Below, piece after piece: positions 59,741-64,000 of a stretch of 64,000 nt of DNA. The translations under genes were made by a program, and so were the position numbers. The stretch covers positions 13,925 to 77,924 of the forward strand of contig CACGTA010000004.1 of NCBI GenBank assembly GCA_902575815.1. The letters run 5' to 3'. Each line of letters opens with the position of its first letter. The first letter of the stretch is position 1. The stretch is from an uncultured Alphaproteobacteria bacterium (lineage in GTDB: Bacteria > Pseudomonadota > Alphaproteobacteria > HIMB59 > GCA-002718135). The notes under the pieces were generated by a model. It worked only from the letters and a program-made list of their open reading frames with translations, searched no databases and was not told the origin of the DNA.

Positions 59741-59877
59741 TATAAATAATTGATTTTGTTATATTTTTAAATTTAAGATTTATGTATGCATTTTAAGAAT
59801 TACTAAATTGCCTATATCGTATTATTAAAAAAACACATTTAAACTAACCTCAGATTTAAATTAGGAGGTATAATCAA

Positions 59878-60855
59878 ATGAAAATATTTTTAATATTTAT
59901 TACTTCAGTTCTCTTATCTTTCAATAGTTTTGCAAATACTAAAATATCTTTTGCTTTAGATTGGAAATTTGAAGGACCAAGTGCACCTTATTTCTATGCA
60001 ATAGATAAGGGACATTTTGGTGAAGAAAATTTAGAAGTTGAAATATCTGCGGGTAAAGGATCCTTAGATGCAATTCCAAAGGTTGCAACAGGAGCTTTTC
60101 CTATTGGCTTTGCAGATATAAACAGTTTAATCAAATTCTTAGATCAAAATCCTGGAGCGCCAGTTATGGCAGTTATGATGGTTTATGATAAACCTCCATT
60201 TGCAATTGCTGGAAGAAAAAGTCTTGGTGTTACAACTCCATCTGATTTAGAGGGAAAAATTCTTGGTGCGCCACCACCTGATGGTGCATGGGCACAATTT
60301 CCACCATTTGCTTCTGCAAATAATATCAATGTTGATAATATAACAGTGGAGCCAGTAGGTTTCCCAACAAGAGAACCGATGTTAGCTGAAAAAAACGTTG
60401 ATGCTATAACAGGGTTTTCATTTTCAATGTTTTTAAATTTAGTTCGTCTTGGTGTTCCTGAGGATGATATATCAATTATGTTGATGGCAAACTATGGATT
60501 AGAATTATATGGTAATGCCATAATAGTTAACACTGATTATGCAGATGCAAATCCTGAAATAGTTAAAGGTTTTTTAAAAGCTGTATCAAGAGGATGGGCT
60601 GATGCTATGAAAAATCCTGAAGACGCGGTGAAGAGTATGGTTGAAAGAAATCCAGCTGCTGATTTAGCTTTAGAGACAAGAAGATTGATACTAGCAATAG
60701 AAGGAAATGTTAATACTGATTATGTAAAAGAAAACGGTATGGGTAATATTGACATTGCAAGAATGGAAAAAGCTTTAGGACAGTTAGCAGAAACATACGA
60801 ATTCTCATCTGATCCAGAGATTTCATCATTTTTTACCGATAAATATTTACCTTAA
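59878..60855 (+). CDS. ABC transporter substrate-binding protein, NMT1/THI5-like
   Basis: Signal peptide, LDWKFEG, G.F...L.V.I, L.GK.LG, YGN; GGAGG SD. Confidence 0.85.
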   Translation: MKIFLIFITSVLLSFNSFANTKISFALDWKFEGPSAPYFYAIDKGHFGEENLEVEISAGKGSLDAIPKVATGAFPIGFADINSLIKFLDQNPGAPVMAVMMVYDKPPFAIAGRKSLGVTTPSDLEGKILGAPPPDGAWAQFPPFASANNINVDNITVEPVGFPTREPMLAEKNVDAITGFSFSMFLNLVRLGVPEDDISIMLMANYGLELYGNAIIVNTDYADANPEIVKGFLKAVSRGWADAMKNPEDAVKSMVERNPAADLALETRRLILAIEGNVNTDYVKENGMGNIDIARMEKALGQLAETYEFSSDPEISSFFTDKYLP

Positions 60856-60863
60856 TATTTTTT

Positions 60864-60890
60864 TATGGGGTAGACTATTTCTACCCCATA
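60864..60890 (+). terminator. Intercistronic stem-loop after NMT1-like SBP gene
   Basis: TATGGGGTAGA-CTATT-TCTACCCCATA 11-bp inverted repeat. Confidence 0.72.
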
Positions 60891-60905
60891 TACTAATCAT
60901 AACTT

Positions 60906-61679
60906 ATGCATATCAATATTGAAAAGGTTTCTCATCAATATGAAACTAAACAAGGTATGCTTCCTGTTTTAAAGAATCTTTCCCTATCAATTAAAAGAAA
61001 AGGTTTTACTGCTATAGTTGGACCTTCAGGTTGTGGAAAATCTACAATAACTAGATTAGTCAGTGGATTAATTAAACCAACTCAAGGTAGTATTTTTATT
61101 TCAAATAAAAAAATTACATCCCCACTTTCTACTGTAGGAATGGCTTTTCAAAATCCAGTTTTGTTAGAATGGAGAAATGTAATTAAAAATATAATTCTTC
61201 CACTTGAGATAGTATCAAAAAATATGACTTATAATCAAAAGAGATCGAATGCATTAGATCTGCTTAAGTTAGTGGGATTAGAAGAATTTGAAAATAATTT
61301 ACCATCTGAATTATCTGGTGGAATGAAACAAAGAGTTTCACTTTGTAGATCTTTAGTTCATAGTCCAGAGGTCTTAATTTTAGATGAGCCTTTTGCAGCT
61401 CTAGATGCATTTACAAAAGAAGATTTGTGGGATGTTATGCACAAATTAAAAAAAGAAAGAGACTTCACATGTATTTTAATAACTCATGATTTAAGAGAAG
61501 CTGTTTATTTAGCCGATCAAGTAATTGTTTTATCCGGAAGACCAGCTTCATTACAATACGACGTTAAAACTAATTTTAATGAAGAAAAAAAAATCTCTGA
61601 TTTATATTCATCAGAAGTATCACAATTACTTGCAACACTTAGAAATCAAATCGAAATAGCTCAGAATAAAAATGATTAG
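60906..61679 (+). CDS. ABC transporter ATP-binding protein (TauB/SsuB/NrtD type)
   Basis: GPSGCGKS, FQ...LL.WR, LSGGM.QR, LDEPF.ALD, THD. Confidence 0.92.
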   Translation: MHINIEKVSHQYETKQGMLPVLKNLSLSIKRKGFTAIVGPSGCGKSTITRLVSGLIKPTQGSIFISNKKITSPLSTVGMAFQNPVLLEWRNVIKNIILPLEIVSKNMTYNQKRSNALDLLKLVGLEEFENNLPSELSGGMKQRVSLCRSLVHSPEVLILDEPFAALDAFTKEDLWDVMHKLKKERDFTCILITHDLREAVYLADQVIVLSGRPASLQYDVKTNFNEEKKISDLYSSEVSQLLATLRNQIEIAQNKND

Positions 61680-62430
61680 AATCAATAATTTTATTATACC
61701 TTTATTTAGTCTTATAATTTTTTGTTTGTTATGGGAATTGTTAGTTTGGTATAATAATTGGCCAAATTATAAAATGGCTTCCCCTTCAGATTTATGGCCA
61801 GCATTTTGGAAATTTAAACATCTCTTTTTAATCTACGGTTGGGAAACTTTTTGGAGAACTGTTGTAGGATTAATATTGTCTGTTTTGGTAGGATTAAGTT
61901 TGGGTATTTTGATGGGGTTTTCAAAAACTATTAGAATAGGCTTATATCCTATTCTTGTTGGTTTTAATGCTATTCCTAAAGCAACAGTAGTTCCAGTAAT
62001 TGCATTAATATTTGTTGGTATGCACAATATGAATACAATTATAATTGTAATTCTTATTTCATTTTTCCCAATCTGTGTTTCAATTTCGATTGGATTGTCA
62101 ACTTTGGAAAGAGAATATGAAGACATACTTTTATCTTTAGGTGCTAATAAATTTGAGATTTTTTATAAAATCGCTTTACCAAAAACATTACCAGAATTTT
62201 TTGGAGCATTAAAAGTATCAACAACACTCGCTTTTATTGGAACTAATTTGATGGAGATTATTGAACCCCATGGAAAAGGATTAGGACATTTGTTTGATAG
62301 TGGAAAAATTAGCGCAGATTATCCGTTAATGTTTGCAGTATTGATCACATTGGCTGTTATGGGAATATTTTTATATTATATTGTAGTTTATCTTGAAAAT
62401 ATTTTTGCTGGTTGGGCCATTAGAAAATAA
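61672..62430 (+). CDS. ABC transporter permease (TauC/SsuC type)
   Basis: Hydrophobic; PK....P, FFP, LGA...F.KI.LP, GLG. Confidence 0.9.
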   Translation: MIRINNFIIPLFSLIIFCLLWELLVWYNNWPNYKMASPSDLWPAFWKFKHLFLIYGWETFWRTVVGLILSVLVGLSLGILMGFSKTIRIGLYPILVGFNAIPKATVVPVIALIFVGMHNMNTIIIVILISFFPICVSISIGLSTLEREYEDILLSLGANKFEIFYKIALPKTLPEFFGALKVSTTLAFIGTNLMEIIEPHGKGLGHLFDSGKISADYPLMFAVLITLAVMGIFLYYIVVYLENIFAGWAIRK

Positions 62431-62484
62431 AGTTTAGAAAGATAAAGTTTAATAATACAAAATGTTAAATAAAATCGTTAATAT

Positions 62485-62814
62485 TTAATTTACTAACTTA
62501 AAAATGTTTCGATTTAAAGATGATATCAGTGCATCTAAACTTTCAAATTTTTTGTTTTGATTTTTTGATTTTAAATTATAAAAAATTTTCCTTTTTTTTC
62601 TTTCTAGTGATTTATTTAGAACGCATTCTGGAGCTGCTAGACTATGTTTAAATATATAAAAAAATGCATTATTTTTATTAAAATCAATAGCATAATCTTT
62701 CCATTCTCCACTAGAGACTCCTTTAGAATATAGATTTAAGATTTTAGCTAGCTCATCTTTGGAAAAATAGAGATTGTGATTGTTAGTTGAAGCACTAGAT
62801 GTTACTAAGCCCAT
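62485..62814 (-). CDS. DUF2794 family protein
   Basis: F...EL..IL.LY...V..GEW.DYAID....A.F.IF. Confidence 0.82.
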   Translation of the reverse strand: MGLVTSSASTNNHNLYFSKDELAKILNLYSKGVSSGEWKDYAIDFNKNNAFFYIFKHSLAAPECVLNKSLERKKRKIFYNLKSKNQNKKFESLDALISSLNRNIFKLVN

Positions 62815-62837
62815 AATTAAGAATATAACAAAAATTT

Positions 62838-63389
62838 ATGCCTGTAAATGCTCCAAATGATAATTTAGATGTTTTAGCACCATCATTTAATCTTAAAAAT
62901 ATTGATGATAAAATGCTTTCATTAGATAATGCAAAAGGATTAAATGGTACTGTTATCGTTTTTATATGTAATCATTGTCCATATGTTAAAGCAATTGCAA
63001 GTAGATTAAAAAAAGATGCTGATGAGTTACTAGAACACTCAATAAATACAATTGCCATTATGTCTAATGATGTAATTAACTATCCTGATGATTCATTTGA
63101 TAATATGAAAATTTTCTCTGATAAATATAAATTTAATTTTCCGTATCTTTATGATGAAACACAAGAAGTGGCAAAAAATTATAATGCTGTTTGTACTCCA
63201 GATTTTTTCGGTTTTGATAAAGATCTTAAATTAAAATATAGAGGTAGAATGGACTCAGGTGTAATGAATGAAAAGCACAATTCAAATATTGAAAGAGATC
63301 TTTTTAATGCAATGATTAAGATCAAAAATGAGGGAGTAGGGCCAACTAATCAAATAAATAGTATTGGCTGTTCAATAAAATGGAAATAG
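62838..63389 (+). CDS. Thioredoxin-fold/peroxiredoxin-like protein
   Basis: FICNHCPYV, YP.DS, FPYL.DETQ.VA, AVCTPDFF, SIGCSIKWK. Confidence 0.9.
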   Translation: MPVNAPNDNLDVLAPSFNLKNIDDKMLSLDNAKGLNGTVIVFICNHCPYVKAIASRLKKDADELLEHSINTIAIMSNDVINYPDDSFDNMKIFSDKYKFNFPYLYDETQEVAKNYNAVCTPDFFGFDKDLKLKYRGRMDSGVMNEKHNSNIERDLFNAMIKIKNEGVGPTNQINSIGCSIKWK

Positions 63390-63390
63390 T

Positions 63391-64000
63391 ATGAATCAAG
63401 AGAATAACAATCAAAATTTATTTAAAAAAATACAAAATTTTATTTTTAAAAACTACATACAATTAATAATTTCATTAGTAATTTTGCTAATTATATTTAT
63501 TGGTTTTCAAACATATAATTATTTTAAAATTCAAGATATAAAAAAATCTAGTATAAGTTTTTTCGACATTATCCAAGATGATCAAAATGATTTAAGGAAT
63601 TTAGAAAACTTAATTGATGATGATAATATTTTTTCTATTTTATCAAAATTAAAATTAATTAAACAAAATAATGAAAATAAAAACTTTAGTTACTCTAATG
63701 AATTGTATAAAGAATTACTTTCTTCGTCAAATTTAGATGATCTGTATAAATCGGCTATCGCTGTAAATGCGTCATACACAATGATTAATGCATCTTATGA
63801 AGACAATACTAATAATTATTTAAATGATATATCAATTTACATTAATAATATTAACGATGAATTGGATAGTTATTTTTCTATTAAAAAAGAATTAGAATAT
63901 TTATTAATCGTTACAGAAATTGACCTTAATAAATCTGAATATAGTAATTCAAAAGCATTGGACAAATATAATGAAATATTTAATTCAAGTATGATTTCTG
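63391..64000 (+). CDS. Membrane-anchored hypothetical protein (possibly YfgM/TPR-like), runs off the window end
   Basis: ATG at 63391, MNQENNNQNLFKKIQNFIFKNYIQLIISLVILLIIFIGFQTYNY...; open to the edge; single N-terminal TM. Confidence 0.65.
   Translation, partial: MNQENNNQNLFKKIQNFIFKNYIQLIISLVILLIIFIGFQTYNYFKIQDIKKSSISFFDIIQDDQNDLRNLENLIDDDNIFSILSKLKLIKQNNENKNFSYSNELYKELLSSSNLDDLYKSAIAVNASYTMINASYEDNTNNYLNDISIYINNINDELDSYFSIKKELEYLLIVTEIDLNKSEYSNSKALDKYNEIFNSSMIS

Noticed and set aside
59741-59877. TPP or other known riboswitch before the NMT1-like transporter
   Set aside because: No conserved CTGAGA core or suitable stems; the region is very AT-rich.
252-62126. About 25 short ORFs in the track lying antisense to or nested in larger genes (e.g. 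855-1094, 4337-4561, 15021-15353, 45969-46352, 53058-53366)
   Set aside because: They are shadow ORFs overlapping well-supported genes and have no recognisable motifs.
1-64000. CRISPR arrays, IS elements, prophage or defence genes
   Set aside because: No spaced direct repeats, transposases, integrases or recognisable defence domains seen; almost all sequence is accounted for by metabolic and housekeeping genes.

Overview
This is an AT-rich, very compact chromosomal segment of a streamlined marine alphaproteobacterium (SAR11/HIMB59-like, inferred from composition, gene content and alphaproteobacterial LexA boxes). The left ~30 kb is a block for catabolism of algal osmolytes and amines. It holds a minus-strand run (family-5 solute-binding protein, homocysteine S-methyltransferase, GcvT-like protein, alpha-hydroxy-acid dehydrogenase, ThDP enzyme, atypical transthyretin-like protein, DMSP demethylase dmdA, OsmC, crotonase) and divergent ABC permease/ATPase genes followed by an SDR and a BetA-like GMC oxidoreductase. 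Next come a RamB/PrpR(ScfR) regulator with an unannotated 59-aa partner, carnitine-type cdhABC genes with an HD-domain protein, and aguAB-potFGHI-puuAB polyamine genes. The right ~34 kb is mostly housekeeping (tsaC/sua5, glmU, DAHP synthase, nadE, gltX, cimA, rpsD, purB, map, tRNA-Leu, moaA, dksA, recA, alaS, icd, RND pump, rlmE, guaA, NMT1-type ABC). I saw no mobile elements, CRISPR or rRNA. The best candidate for an undescribed system is the dmdA-containing operon plus its transporter, which looks like an uncharacterised pathway for a methylated sulfonium or ammonium compound. All calls come from motif recognition by eye; no searches were run.
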